Program-made: the position numbers and the translations under genes
Notes under the pieces: model-generated
Database searches by the model: none
Told to the model about the DNA's origin: nothing
What the model saw: only the letters and a program-made list of their open reading frames with translations
Part shown: in pieces, positions 10,200 to 20,644 of the stretch
How positions within the stretch are numbered: position 1 is the stretch's first letter
How the letters are laid out: the number at the start of each line of letters is the position of its first letter
Assembly: GCA_964608275.1 (NCBI GenBank)
Contig: CAZSNL010000006.1
Location: 493 to 59,886, forward strand
Reading direction: 5' to 3'
DNA: 59,394 bases
Origin: an uncultured Hyphomicrobiales bacterium
Lineage (GTDB): Bacteria; Pseudomonadota; Alphaproteobacteria; Rhizobiales; CAZSNL01

Positions 10200-10875
10200 C
10201 GCGCTGATCGCCGCCCGTGCCGCCGGCCGCGCCGTGGCGCTGATCACCGATCTCGCCGAGGGCTCGCAGCGGCTGGTCGACCGCGACAGCGCGGCGGACG
10301 AAGGCACCCTTGCCCGTCCGCTCGAGGAGGCATTCGCCCGCGACCGCAGCGGTACCGTGACTCTCGGCGAGCGCGAGTACTTCATCCACGTCTTCAATCC
10401 ACCGCTGCGCATGATCGTGATCGGGGCGGTCCACGTGGCACAGGCCCTGATACCGATGGCGAGGGCGGCCGAGTATGCGGTCACGGTGATCGATCCGCGT
10501 GCGGCCTTTGCGACCGCCGAGCGGTTCCCGGACGTGAGCCTTGTCACCGACTGGCCCGACGAGGCGCTGTCACGCATCGGCCTCGATGCCCGCAGCGCGC
10601 TGCTGGCATTGACCCACGACCCCAAGATCGACGATCCGGCGCTCGGCTTCGCCTTGCGGTCGCCCGCGTTCTATATCGGCGCCCTCGGCAGCAAGCGAAC
10701 CCATTCAACGCGGCTCGAGCGCCTCAAGGCAGCCGGCTTCAGCGATGCGGAACTTGCCCGCATCCATGCTCCCATCGGCCTCGATATCGGAGCGCGCGGG
10801 CCGGCCGAAATCGCCATTTCGATCCTGGCGGAAGTCACCCGCGCACTCAGGCTCGACAGTGGAGGCAGGCAATGA
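10180..10875 (+). CDS. xdhC: XdhC family, C-terminal Rossmann module
   Basis: IGAVHVAQAL, LTHDPKIDD, YIGALGS, APIGLDIGA. Confidence 0.9.
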   Translation: MKTETLDALIAARAAGRAVALITDLAEGSQRLVDRDSAADEGTLARPLEEAFARDRSGTVTLGEREYFIHVFNPPLRMIVIGAVHVAQALIPMARAAEYAVTVIDPRAAFATAERFPDVSLVTDWPDEALSRIGLDARSALLALTHDPKIDDPALGFALRSPAFYIGALGSKRTHSTRLERLKAAGFSDAELARIHAPIGLDIGARGPAEIAISILAEVTRALRLDSGGRQ

Positions 10876-12491
10876 TCTTCGGCGAGGTTCCCGTGGAGCA
10901 GGCGGCCGGCGCGGTGCTTGCGCACAGCATCCGCGGGCGGGAAGCGGCTTTCAAGAAGGGGCACCTGCTGACGGCAGACGATGTGGCGCGGCTCGCCGAG
11001 GCCGGGATCGAACGGGTGATGGTCGCGCAACTCGAGCCCGGTGACGTGCCCGAGGACGAGGCAGCCAGCGTCATAGCCGAAGCATCGGCGGGTGACCATG
11101 CGAAGGCAGCCGAGCCATTCACCGGCCGCTCGAACATTCATTCCGAGGCGGCAGGCCTGGCGCTGGTGGATGCCGACCGGGTCCACCGCCTCAACACCCT
11201 CGACGAGAGCCTCACCGTCGCAACCGTTGCCCCGTTCGCACGGGTGGAGCGGCGACAGATGCTGGCGACCATCAAGATCATCCCATTCGCGACCCGGCGC
11301 GACGTGGTGGACACAGCGCTCGCCATCTGCCGCGAGGGACCGCCGCTTGTGCGCGTGGCACCGTTTGCCGCACGCGAGGCGGGACTGGTCATGACGGTGC
11401 TGCCGCAGACCAAGCCGCAGACCATGGACAAGGCGCGGGCCGCCATCGCCGCGCGTCTCGAAGCGGCGGGAAGCCGGCTCGCGGCGACGGTGACCTGCCC
11501 GCACGAGGTTGCAGACGTCACCCGGGCGATCGCGTCGCTGCGTGACAACGGCCACGCTCCGATCCTGGTGCTCGGCGCCTCGGCCATTGTCGACCGTGGC
11601 GACGTCATTCCGGCCGCCCTGGCTGCCGCCGGCGGCGAGGTCGTCAACATGGGCATGCCGGTCGACCCGGGCAACCTGCTCATGTACGGCGAGCTGGGAC
11701 CGGTTCCGGTCATCGGCGTGCCGACCTGTGCGCGGTCGCCGAAGGTCAACGGGTTCGACTGGGTGCTGTGGCGCGTGCTCGCCGGCCTGCCGGTTTCGCG
11801 CCACGACATCGCCGGGATGGGGGTCGGCGGACTCCTGATGGAGATCCCGTCGCGTCCGGTTCCGCGCGAAGGCAAGATCGCGGCGGCTCCGAAGTCGCCA
11901 TCGGTCGCCGCCATCGTGCTCGCTGCCGGGCAGTCGCGACGGATGGGCGGCATCAACAAGCTAATGGAACCGGTGGGCGGCCGGCCGATGATCCGCGGCG
12001 CCGTCGAGGCGGCACTGGCGAGCACCGCGGAGACGGTGATCGTCGTGGTCGGTCACGATGCGGACAGGATTCGCGGGGTGCTCGACGGCCTCGCCGTGAC
12101 CATCGTCGACAATCCGAACTACGCGCAGGGCCTCAGCACCTCGCTCCGCGCCGGCCTCGGGGCGGTTCCCGCGGGCATGGACGGCGCACTGGTCTGCCTC
12201 GGCGACATGCCGCTGGTGTCGGCAAGGCACCTGGACAAGCTGATCGCGGCGTTCAAACCGGAGGCGGGGCGCGGCATCTGCGTGCCGGTGGTCGACGGCA
12301 AGCGCGGCAACCCGGTGCTGTTCGCCACCGCCTACTTCGACGAAATGCGCGAGGTGCAGGGCGACACCGGCGCCCGACACCTCATCGGACAGCACGCCGA
12401 AGCGGTATGCGAGGTGGAGATGGGCGACCGCGCCGTGCTCACCGATGTCGATACGCCCGATAACCTTTCGTCACTCCGCCAGGCCGGATAG
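10872..12491 (+). CDS. MoeA-like domain fused to molybdenum cofactor cytidylyltransferase (MocA-like)
   Basis: GMPVDPGNLL and CARSPK in the N-terminal part; LAAGQSRRMG...NKL, LGDMP and GNPVLF in the NTP-transferase domain. Confidence 0.88.
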   Translation: MIFGEVPVEQAAGAVLAHSIRGREAAFKKGHLLTADDVARLAEAGIERVMVAQLEPGDVPEDEAASVIAEASAGDHAKAAEPFTGRSNIHSEAAGLALVDADRVHRLNTLDESLTVATVAPFARVERRQMLATIKIIPFATRRDVVDTALAICREGPPLVRVAPFAAREAGLVMTVLPQTKPQTMDKARAAIAARLEAAGSRLAATVTCPHEVADVTRAIASLRDNGHAPILVLGASAIVDRGDVIPAALAAAGGEVVNMGMPVDPGNLLMYGELGPVPVIGVPTCARSPKVNGFDWVLWRVLAGLPVSRHDIAGMGVGGLLMEIPSRPVPREGKIAAAPKSPSVAAIVLAAGQSRRMGGINKLMEPVGGRPMIRGAVEAALASTAETVIVVVGHDADRIRGVLDGLAVTIVDNPNYAQGLSTSLRAGLGAVPAGMDGALVCLGDMPLVSARHLDKLIAAFKPEAGRGICVPVVDGKRGNPVLFATAYFDEMREVQGDTGARHLIGQHAEAVCEVEMGDRAVLTDVDTPDNLSSLRQAG

Positions 12492-12502
12492 GCCGACTGC
12501 CG

Positions 12503-13201
12503 CTACATCAGGTTCAGGCTGCGCAGGCTGGAATGGCCTCCGCGGCCGATGATGACGTGATCGTGCACCACGATCCCGAGCTTCTCGGCCGCCTCGACGA
12601 TCCGCCGGGTCATGTCGATGTCGGGCCGCGACGGCGTCGGATCGCCCGAGGGATGGTTGTGCACGAGGATGATGCCGGTCGCGGCGAGCTCCAGGGCCCG
12701 TTTCACCACTTCGCGCGGATAGACCGGCGTGTGGTCGACGGTTCCCTGCTGTTGCACCTCGTCGGCGATGAGCACGTTCTTGCGGTCGAGGAACAGGATG
12801 CGGAACTGTTCCCGTTGCTCGTAGGCCATGCTGGCGTGGCAGTAGTCAAGGACGGCCGTCCATGAGGACAGAGCCTGGCGCCCGATCACGGTCTTGCGGG
12901 CGAGCCGGACGGCGGCGGCCTGGATCAGCTTGAGCTCGATGACTGTCTTGTCGCCGACGTCGTAGATCTGCTTGAGCCGTTCCGGCGGCGCACTGATGGC
13001 TTCCGCAAAGCCGCCGAATTCCTTTATCAACGCCTTGGCCAGAGGCTTCGTGTCTTTCTGCGCATTCACTCGAAAGAGGACGAGCTCCATCAATTCATAG
13101 TCAGGAAGCGCATCGGGCCCGCCCTGCATGAACCGTTCGCGAAGCCGTTTGCGGTGCTCCGTGTAGTCCGGCTTGGCGGTCGGTTCCTTTGCGCGCGCCA
13201 T
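12503..13201 (-). CDS. radC: RadC/JAB-domain protein
   Basis: [42 protein letters not shown]. Confidence 0.95.
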   Translation of the reverse strand: MARAKEPTAKPDYTEHRKRLRERFMQGGPDALPDYELMELVLFRVNAQKDTKPLAKALIKEFGGFAEAISAPPERLKQIYDVGDKTVIELKLIQAAAVRLARKTVIGRQALSSWTAVLDYCHASMAYEQREQFRILFLDRKNVLIADEVQQQGTVDHTPVYPREVVKRALELAATGIILVHNHPSGDPTPSRPDIDMTRRIVEAAEKLGIVVHDHVIIGRGGHSSLRSLNLM

Positions 13202-13273
13202 GCTGTGCTGTCCCCCAGCTTCGCGGCGGGGACATCATAGCCGTGAACGCGATGCGACGGGAACCCCGAAAGC

Positions 13274-14098
13274 TCAGACGTCGTACGGTGGGCGGTGGAG
13301 CCCGGCCGGCGAGTAGGTGAAGACCTCGCAACCGTCCTCGGTGACGCCCACGGTGTGCTCGAACTGTGCCGACAGCGAACGGTCGCGCGTCACCGCAGTC
13401 CAGCCGTCGGACAGGACCTTCACGTGCGGCCGGCCGAGATTGATCATCGGCTCGATGGTGAAGAACATTCCCGGCTTGAGCTCGATCCCCTCTCCCCGGC
13501 GGCCGTAATGGAGGATGTTCGGCATGTCGTGGAAGACGCGGCCCAGGCCGTGGCCGCAGAAGTCGCGCACCACGCTCGTGCGCTCGGCTTCGGCATACTC
13601 CTGGATGGCGGCGCCGATATCGCCGGTGGTGGCACCGGGCCGCACGGCTGCGATGCCCCGCATCAGCGCTTCGTGCGTCACTTCCATCAACCGTTCCGCC
13701 TTGCGCGACACTTCCCCCACCGGATACATCCGGCTCGTGTCGCCATGCCAGCCGTCGACGATAAGCGTCGCGTCGATGTTGACGATATCGCCTTCCTTCA
13801 GCGCCTTGTCGCACGGGATCCCATGGCAGACCACGTGATTGACCGAGGTGCAGATCGACTTCGGAAAGCCGCGGTACTGCAACGGCGCCGGGATCGCGCC
13901 GTGGTCGCGGGCGAACTCGAGCGCAAGCCGGTCGAGCTCTTCCGTCGTCACACCCGGCACGACGTGCGGGGTCAGCATGTCCAGCACTTCCGCTGCAAGG
14001 CGTCCGGCGCGCCGCATGCCGGCAAACGCTTCGGGGCCGTGCAGCTTGATCTGCCCGATGTTGGCCTCGGGCGCCAGCTCGGCATCGATGTAGCTCAT
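13274..14098 (-). CDS. map: type I methionine aminopeptidase
   Basis: CTSVNHVVCHGIP, DGWHGDTSR, GHGLGRVFH, FTIEPM, AQFEHT. Confidence 0.97.
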   Translation of the reverse strand: MSYIDAELAPEANIGQIKLHGPEAFAGMRRAGRLAAEVLDMLTPHVVPGVTTEELDRLALEFARDHGAIPAPLQYRGFPKSICTSVNHVVCHGIPCDKALKEGDIVNIDATLIVDGWHGDTSRMYPVGEVSRKAERLMEVTHEALMRGIAAVRPGATTGDIGAAIQEYAEAERTSVVRDFCGHGLGRVFHDMPNILHYGRRGEGIELKPGMFFTIEPMINLGRPHVKVLSDGWTAVTRDRSLSAQFEHTVGVTEDGCEVFTYSPAGLHRPPYDV

Positions 14099-14865
14099 TG
14101 TCTCTCCATGACGTCGACCAGACCGAAGCGGGCACGGACCGGTTCCGGCGCTGCTTCAACCATCGGCAGCGGATGCGACAAATGTATGCCTTCCGGGTCG
14201 ATTTTGCAGCAGTAGACGAGCGTCTCGACGCCGCGTCGGCGTGCCTGCGCGAAGGTCGCGGCGTAGACGGGATCGATGTCTGCGGCCAGCGCCAGCCGGT
14301 CGGCGTCCGTGCGCTGGACCAGGAACAGCATTACCGCCCGCGCCCCGTTCTCGGCCATCGCGGCCAGTTCCTCGAGATGCCGTGCGCCGCGGGCCGTCAC
14401 CGAGTCCGGGAACTCGGCGAGACCCGGCTGGCGCATCAGGTGGACGTTCTTCACCTCGACGTAGCACGGCGGGCCGCCGCCGCCTTCGAGGAGGAAGTCG
14501 ACACGGCTGCGGGTGCCGTAGGGAACCTCGCGGCGTATCGTTTCGTAGCCGGCCAGTTCTTCGATCATCCCTTCCGCGAGCGCCTCGGCGACGATGCCGT
14601 TGGGATGGCCCGTGTTGATGCCGACGAACGCGGGCCCGCAGCCGAGGTCGACCTCGAGCAGCTCCCACGAATACGCGAGTTTGCGGTGCGGCGACGGCGA
14701 ATGCGACAACCACACGCAGGTGCCGGCCTCGACCAGCCCCATCATCGATCCGGGGTTGGCGCAATGGGCCGTGACGACCTCGCCGGTATCGAGCTCGACA
14801 TCGGCAAGGAAGCGCTTGTAGCGGCGCACGAGGCGACCGCGCATCAAGGGTGTCGGGAACCGCAT
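14095..14865 (-). CDS. sfsA: DNA/RNA nuclease SfsA
   Basis: RRYKRFLADV, AHCANPGSM, SRVDF, YVEVKNV, FPDSVTARG; start at MRFPTP within the longer ORF. Confidence 0.95.
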   Translation of the reverse strand: MRFPTPLMRGRLVRRYKRFLADVELDTGEVVTAHCANPGSMMGLVEAGTCVWLSHSPSPHRKLAYSWELLEVDLGCGPAFVGINTGHPNGIVAEALAEGMIEELAGYETIRREVPYGTRSRVDFLLEGGGGPPCYVEVKNVHLMRQPGLAEFPDSVTARGARHLEELAAMAENGARAVMLFLVQRTDADRLALAADIDPVYAATFAQARRRGVETLVYCCKIDPEGIHLSHPLPMVEAAPEPVRARFGLVDVMERQ

Positions 14866-14958
14866 AGGGGCACCATAGGCGGGCCCACGTGGCCGTTCAA
14901 CCGTGCTTCGCACTTGCGGCGGCGTTGCCTGCCCGGTTAAGTCAGATGCGGACGCCAG

Positions 14959-15747
14959 ATGGAAATACCGGTCATGGACACCAAGACAGAACCGACGATC
15001 ACGGCCGCAGTCCTGCTCATCGGCGACGAGATCCTGTCCGGCCGGACCAAGGACCTGAACCTCGCCTACATCGCACAGTTCCTTGCCGCACGGGGCATCG
15101 ACGTGCGCGAAGCGCGCGTGGTTCCGGACGTCGAGGCGGAGATCGTGGCGGCACTCAATGCGCTGAGGGCCCGCTACACCTACGTGTTCACCACCGGCGG
15201 CATCGGGCCGACCCACGACGACATCACCGCCGACGCCGTCGCCCGCGCGTTCGGCGTCCCGATCAGCCACCATCCCGAGGCGGTGCGGCTGCTGCAGGAA
15301 CACTTCAGGGAGATCGGCAGGGAGGCAAACGAGGCGCGGATGCGGATGGCGCGTCTGCCGGAAGGCGCGGAGATGATCCCCAATCCGGTTTCCCGCGCAC
15401 CGGGGTTCCACATCGGCAACGTGTTCGTCCTCGCCGGCGTGCCCAAAATCATGCAGGCGATGCTGGACGAACTGGCGCCGAAGCTGGAACAGGGGCGGCT
15501 CCTGCATTCGCGGACCGTCCTTGCCGAGGTGGCCGAGGGCGATCTCGCCACCGGGCTGGGCACCATCCAGGCGGCGTATCCGGCCGTCGCGATCGGCAGC
15601 TACCCGTTCGAGAGGGACGGACAGTACGGCGCCAACATCGTCCTGCGTTCGCGCGACGTCGCACAGCTGGACGCGGCGGAGACGGCGGTCAGGAAACTGG
15701 TCGAGGACCTGCAGGCTAGGGTCCCCGAGCCGAAGGCATGGACGTGA
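14959..15747 (+). CDS. CinA-like molybdopterin-binding-domain protein
   Basis: [30 protein letters not shown]; alternative start at 14974. Confidence 0.9.
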   Translation: MEIPVMDTKTEPTITAAVLLIGDEILSGRTKDLNLAYIAQFLAARGIDVREARVVPDVEAEIVAALNALRARYTYVFTTGGIGPTHDDITADAVARAFGVPISHHPEAVRLLQEHFREIGREANEARMRMARLPEGAEMIPNPVSRAPGFHIGNVFVLAGVPKIMQAMLDELAPKLEQGRLLHSRTVLAEVAEGDLATGLGTIQAAYPAVAIGSYPFERDGQYGANIVLRSRDVAQLDAAETAVRKLVEDLQARVPEPKAWT

Positions 15748-16277
15748 GCGGACCTGAGCATCGGGAGGCGGGGTTGCAGGAGCGGCCGCAGAAGGCATTT
15801 CCGGTTTCGTGGGAACAGTTTCACCGGGATTCACGCGCACTGGCCTGGCGCCTGACCGAGGCGGGGCCGTTCCACGCGATCGTCAGCGTCACCCGCGGCG
15901 GCCTGGTTCCCGCGGCCATCGTGGCGCGCGAGCTGGAGATCCGGCTGATCGAAACCGTCTGCGTGGCGTCCTACGACTACGACAAGCAGGGCGAACTGGT
16001 GGTCATCAAGGAGGTCAGCCCCGCCGTGCGCGACACCGGCAACGGCGGTCAGGGCGTCCTGATCGTCGACGACCTGGTGGACACCGGCAAGACGGCGCGG
16101 GTGGTGCGCAACATGCTGCCGAAGGCACATTTCGCCACAGTCTACGCCAAGCCCGCCGGCCGGCCGCTCGTCGACACCTTCATCACCGAGGTGAGCCAGG
16201 ATACCTGGATCTACCTTCCCTGGGACATGGGCCTCCAGTTCACGCCGCCGATCAAGGATAACGGCACCGTCCGGTAG
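15738..16277 (+). CDS. gpt: xanthine-guanine phosphoribosyltransferase
   Basis: [22 protein letters not shown] loop, [10 protein letters not shown]. Confidence 0.94.
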   Translation: MDVSGPEHREAGLQERPQKAFPVSWEQFHRDSRALAWRLTEAGPFHAIVSVTRGGLVPAAIVARELEIRLIETVCVASYDYDKQGELVVIKEVSPAVRDTGNGGQGVLIVDDLVDTGKTARVVRNMLPKAHFATVYAKPAGRPLVDTFITEVSQDTWIYLPWDMGLQFTPPIKDNGTVR

Positions 16278-16335
16278 GCCACATGGCGGCATTGCTTGTC
16301 GCAGGCCGCGCGGCAGGCGATATAACCTGTCGCGG

Positions 16336-16424
16336 GCGGGCGTGGCGGAACCGGTAGACGCACGGGACTTAAAATCCCGAGGAGGGCAACCTCCGTGTGG
16401 GTTCGACTCCCACCGCCCGCACCA
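16336..16424 (+). tRNA. tRNA-Leu (anticodon UAA)
   Basis: Acceptor stem GCGGGCG/CGCCCGC plus ACCA; anticodon arm CGGGA-CTTAAAA-TCCCG; long variable arm; GGTTCGACTCC T-arm. Confidence 0.97.
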
Positions 16425-16502
16425 TCGTCCCGCGGAGCCCGGACCGGCCCCGGATCGTTGTCGCCGGACGCATGGCTTTCAACTGCCTCACGGGTGGTTT
16501 AG

Positions 16503-16709
16503 ATGGACGTGATGCGATTCCTGATCATCACCGGCCTCATCCTCATCATCGTCGGCCTGCTGTGGCCATGGCTGTCGCGCATCGGGCTGGGCCGGTTGCC
16601 CGGCGACATCGTCATCGAGCGCGAAAACTTCCGGCTCTATATCCCTGTCACCACGGCATTCATCATCTCGGTGGTGCTGTCGCTGCTGCTCTGGTTCCTG
16701 AACCGGTAG
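16503..16709 (+). CDS. DUF2905-like small membrane protein
   Basis: LGRLPGDIVIERENFRLYIP between two hydrophobic helices. Confidence 0.85.
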   Translation: MDVMRFLIITGLILIIVGLLWPWLSRIGLGRLPGDIVIERENFRLYIPVTTAFIISVVLSLLLWFLNR

Positions 16710-16824
16710 TCATTGCCGGTTCACGGCCGCCGACCGCCTGCGTCCGGAACGTGCGCCTGTCGCGGGGCGTTTCAGCCCCCAGGCACGCCGCATACGCGGG
16801 TGCCAGGGCACAGCAAGGACGCCG

Positions 16825-17856
16825 ATGTCCCCTCGCCTCGTCTCCGTCTCGGTGCTGGCCGCCGGCCTGTTGCTGCTCGTGGTCCTCGCACCGGCGGTGC
16901 CGCTGGTGGTGTTTGCCGGCATACTGCTCGCCGTGTTCCTGCGCGGCGGCGGCGACGCGATTGCCAGGGCGACCGGATTGCCGGGCGGATGGGGGATGGC
17001 GGTCTTCATCACCGGCGTTGTCGCCGCCATGGCGGCAGCCGCGGCCCTTGCGGCACCGACCGTGGCCGACCAGTTCGACGAGCTGTGGCGGCAGATTCCC
17101 GAAACCACCGGCGAATTCGAACGCCGGCTGCGGGAGTACGCCTGGGGCGAACTCCTCGTCGAACGGCTCCAACAGCCGCCGGCGCTCGGGCCTGAACAGG
17201 GCCGCGCCGCGGCGGTGGCCTTCGCCTCGGTGTTCAGCGCGATCGGCAGCATCGTCGTCATCGCCTTCATCGGCCTCTACGTGGCCGCCGCGCCCGAAAC
17301 ATACGAAGCGGGCCTGCGGCTCCTGCTGGCGCCGTCGCTCAGGCCGCGCGCCGCCGCGGCCCTGAACGAGGCCGGACGGGTGCTCAAGTGGTGGCTTGCC
17401 GGGCAGCTCCTGTCGATGCTTATCGTCGGCGTGCTCACCGGGCTCGGCCTGTGGCTGGTCGGCGCGCCACTGGCGCTGGTGCTGGGGCTGATCGCGGGGC
17501 TTTTGTCGTTCATCCCGTATCTCGGGCCGGTTCTCGCCGCGGTGCCCGGTCTGCTGGTGGCGTTGCCGGAAGGATTGACGATGGTCGGCTGGGTGGCCGC
17601 CGTCTACGTCGTGGTGCAGGTGCTGGAAAGCTACCTGGTGACGCCCCTGATCCAGCTCGAGCAGGTCCGGCTGCCGCCGGCATTGACCCTGGCCGCCCAG
17701 ATCCTGTTCGGTATCTGGTTCGGGCTGCTCGGGCTACTGCTGGCGACCCCGTTCGCTGCGGTCGCCATGACGCTGGCGCGCCGGCTGTATGTCGAGGACT
17801 ACCTGGAAGGCGAAGCCGGTGCGGCTGGTGGCGATCGGCGCGCGGCGGCCGAATGA
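16825..17856 (+). CDS. AI-2E family transporter
   Basis: Multiple TM helices; FIPYLGP, QVLESYLVTPLI, GLLLATP. Confidence 0.9.
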   Translation: MSPRLVSVSVLAAGLLLLVVLAPAVPLVVFAGILLAVFLRGGGDAIARATGLPGGWGMAVFITGVVAAMAAAAALAAPTVADQFDELWRQIPETTGEFERRLREYAWGELLVERLQQPPALGPEQGRAAAVAFASVFSAIGSIVVIAFIGLYVAAAPETYEAGLRLLLAPSLRPRAAAALNEAGRVLKWWLAGQLLSMLIVGVLTGLGLWLVGAPLALVLGLIAGLLSFIPYLGPVLAAVPGLLVALPEGLTMVGWVAAVYVVVQVLESYLVTPLIQLEQVRLPPALTLAAQILFGIWFGLLGLLLATPFAAVAMTLARRLYVEDYLEGEAGAAGGDRRAAAE

Positions 17857-17935
17857 GCAGCTTTTCGGCAATGGACGCGACGCCCCCGATCAATTTGACC
17901 GGTATGGCATCGCACGCGGGCGTCCGGGCCCGGAT

Positions 17936-19324
17936 TTAGAACCGCAGCGCCCCGGCCGAGGCCGCCCTGTCGCGGAGCCGCCGGGCGGCGGCGGAATGGC
18001 GGGCAATCAGCGCGTCGAGGTCGAGGCCGGGTATGGCGCCGTCGACGACGCGCCAGCGGCCGGCCACCATCACCCGATCGGCGCGATGGGCGCCGCAGAC
18101 CACGAGGGCCGCCAGCGGATCGCCGTGACCGGAGAACCGCGGCTCGTCGAGGCGGAACAGGGCAAGATCGGCTTCGGCGCCGGCCGCGATCCGCCCAATG
18201 TCGTCGCGCCCGAGCACGCGGGCAGACCCGCTTGTCGCCCAGCGCAGCGCATCGGCATGGCTCACCCGTTCCGAGCCGTACTGGTGCTTCTGCACCAGCA
18301 TCGCCTGGCGAACCTCCTGCATCAGGTTGGAGCAGTCGTTGGAGGACGAGCCGTCGACGCCGACGCCGACCGGGGCCCCGGCCGCTTCCAGCTCGAGCAC
18401 GCGGCACGTACCCGAGGCGAGGTACAGGTTGGACGTCGGACAGTGGGCGACCCCGGTTCCGGTCTCGCCGAGCCGGCGCACCTCGTCGTCGTCGAAGTGG
18501 ATGCCGTGGGCGAGCCAGACGTCCGGCCCCAGCCAGCCGAAGTCCTCCAGATACTGGAGCGGCCGTTTGCCGAACCGCTCAAGGCACCAGCCGGTCTCGT
18601 CGCGGGTTTCGGCGAGGTGGGTGTGCAGGCGCACCCCGTTGGCCCGCGCGTAGGCCGCCGTCTCGCGCATCAGTTCCTCGGACACCGACCATGGAGCACA
18701 CGGCGCGAGCGCGATCTGGACCATGGCGCCGCGTCCCGGCTGGTGGTAGCGGGCGACGACCCGCTCGCAATCGGCCATGATCGCATCCTCGGCCTGGACG
18801 ACGGTGCGCGGCGGCAGCCCGCCGTCCTCCTCCGACAGGCTCATCGAACCGCGCGTCAGCACCACCCGGATGCCGATCTCGCCGGCGGCCTCGACCTCGA
18901 TGTCGACGGCTTCGGGTATCTCGGCCGTGTAGAGGTAGTGGTGGTCGCAGGCGGTGGTGCAGCCCGACAGCAGCAGCTCCGCCAGCGCCAGCCGCGTCGA
19001 CAGCGCGATCATCTCCGGGTCGAGCCCCGCCCACACCGGATAGAGCGCGGTCAGCCAGGGGAACAGCTGCTTGTCCAATGCCGCCGGCAGCGCCCGGGTC
19101 AGCGTCTGGTAGAAGTGGTGATGGCTGTTGACGAGCCCCGGGACCAGGACGTGGCCGGAGGCATCGAACACCTCGCAGTCGCCGGCCGGCACCGTCTGCG
19201 GCGAACCGCCGGCGGGCACCAGTTCGGCGATCGTGGGCCCGCGCACGACGACGCCGCCTTCCGCTCCCTTTGCGAACACCGCCAGCGGCGCCCTGATCCA
19301 GATCGGCCTCCCCTCACCTGCCAT
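17936..19324 (-). CDS. amidohydrolase, 8-oxoguanine-deaminase-like
   Basis: PGLVNSHHHFYQTLTRA, HTHLAE, WLAHGIH, HCPTSN, GVDGSSSND. Confidence 0.88.
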   Translation of the reverse strand: MAGEGRPIWIRAPLAVFAKGAEGGVVVRGPTIAELVPAGGSPQTVPAGDCEVFDASGHVLVPGLVNSHHHFYQTLTRALPAALDKQLFPWLTALYPVWAGLDPEMIALSTRLALAELLLSGCTTACDHHYLYTAEIPEAVDIEVEAAGEIGIRVVLTRGSMSLSEEDGGLPPRTVVQAEDAIMADCERVVARYHQPGRGAMVQIALAPCAPWSVSEELMRETAAYARANGVRLHTHLAETRDETGWCLERFGKRPLQYLEDFGWLGPDVWLAHGIHFDDDEVRRLGETGTGVAHCPTSNLYLASGTCRVLELEAAGAPVGVGVDGSSSNDCSNLMQEVRQAMLVQKHQYGSERVSHADALRWATSGSARVLGRDDIGRIAAGAEADLALFRLDEPRFSGHGDPLAALVVCGAHRADRVMVAGRWRVVDGAIPGLDLDALIARHSAAARRLRDRAASAGALRF

Positions 19325-19436
19325 CGTGCTGTCCTCCTGCGGTTGCCAGGCTGCAGCAGGTCGTCAAGACGTACCTCTCAAAGTGCTCGAAGGCACGCAC
19401 GCCCGTGGGAATGCATGCGGTGCTGAAAAACTGCGG

Positions 19437-20531
19437 CTACTGCGGCAGGGAGCCCTGGACGCCCTCGACGTACCAGTCGATGCGGAGCATGTCGTCGTCG
19501 GACATGGTGTCGCCTTCCGGCACGCGGATGTTGCCCTCGTTGTCCCTGACGGGGCCGGCAAACGGATGCAGCTCGCCTGCGGCGATCTTCGCCTTCGCCT
19601 CCTCGACCCGCTGCCTCAGGTCCTCGGGAACCGCGTCGTTGAACGGCGCCAGTTCGACCATGCCCTCGGCAATGCCGCCCCAGGTGTGGGTCGACTCCCA
19701 CGTTCCGTCCAGCACCGCCTGGACGCGGCGAATGTAGTAGTCGGTCCACACGTGCGTGGAGGCTGTGAGATGGGCAGTGGGGCCGTACTTCGACATGTCG
19801 GAGTGATAGCCGATCGCCCACACACTGCGGTCCTCCGCGGTCTGCACCGGCGCGGTCGAATCGGTGTGCTGGGTGATGACGTCCGCGCCCTGGGTAATCA
19901 ACGTTTCGGTAGCTTCGCGCTCCTTGCCGGGGTCGTACCATGACGACACCCAGACCACGCGGACCTCGGCGTCGGGATTGACGCTGCGCATGCCGCGGGT
20001 GAACGCATCGATCCCGCGCACCACCTCGGGGATCGGGAAGGCGGCAACGTAGCCAACGATGTTGGACTTGGTCATGCCGCCGGCGACCATCCCGGCGAGA
20101 TAGCGGCCCTCGTAGAAGCGGGCGAGGTAGGTCGCGAGGTTGGCGGCCCGCTTGTAGCCGGTCGCGTGCTCGAAATACGTGTCGGGGAAGGTGGCGGCGA
20201 CCTTGACGGTCGGGTTCATGTAGCCGAACGAGGTGGTGAAGATGAGGCCATGGCCGGAGGCCGCCAGCTCGCGGATCACGCGCTCGGCGTCGGCGCCTTC
20301 GGGGACGCTCTCGACGAAGCTCGTCTCGATGCGATCGCCGAAATGCTCCTCGAGCGCCTTGCGGGCGAGATCGTGCTGGTAGGTCCAGCCGGCGTCACCG
20401 ACGGGGCTGACGTAGACGAAGCCGATCTTCAACGGCTCCTCCGCGGCACGCGACGCCAGCGGTGCAGCGACGACAAGAGCCATGGCGGCAAGCGCGAGCC
20501 CCGCTCGCCAGACGATCGATCTGCGGTTCAT
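19437..20531 (-). CDS. BMP-family ABC substrate-binding protein (purine/nucleoside type)
   Basis: GFVYVSPVGDAGWTYQH, FTTSFGYM, WYDPGKE, QHTDS. Confidence 0.92.
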   Translation of the reverse strand: MNRRSIVWRAGLALAAMALVVAAPLASRAAEEPLKIGFVYVSPVGDAGWTYQHDLARKALEEHFGDRIETSFVESVPEGADAERVIRELAASGHGLIFTTSFGYMNPTVKVAATFPDTYFEHATGYKRAANLATYLARFYEGRYLAGMVAGGMTKSNIVGYVAAFPIPEVVRGIDAFTRGMRSVNPDAEVRVVWVSSWYDPGKEREATETLITQGADVITQHTDSTAPVQTAEDRSVWAIGYHSDMSKYGPTAHLTASTHVWTDYYIRRVQAVLDGTWESTHTWGGIAEGMVELAPFNDAVPEDLRQRVEEAKAKIAAGELHPFAGPVRDNEGNIRVPEGDTMSDDDMLRIDWYVEGVQGSLPQ

Positions 20532-20644
20532 CCGGTAGTCCCCTTCGATGATTGCGCCCCCTGCCCCGGGCGGAGCATCGGGCGGCGATTGTCGGGCAAC
20601 GTCATTGCTCCGTCAACAATACGCAGGGCTGCGAGGCGGCGGGT

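Noticed and set aside
9858-10875. xdhC as a frameshifted pseudogene
   Set aside because: Both halves are complete modules with their own starts; split xdhC is common in alphaproteobacteria.
16336-16424. tRNA-Leu as an island integration site
   Set aside because: No integrase, and no duplicated tRNA 3' end noticed in the window.
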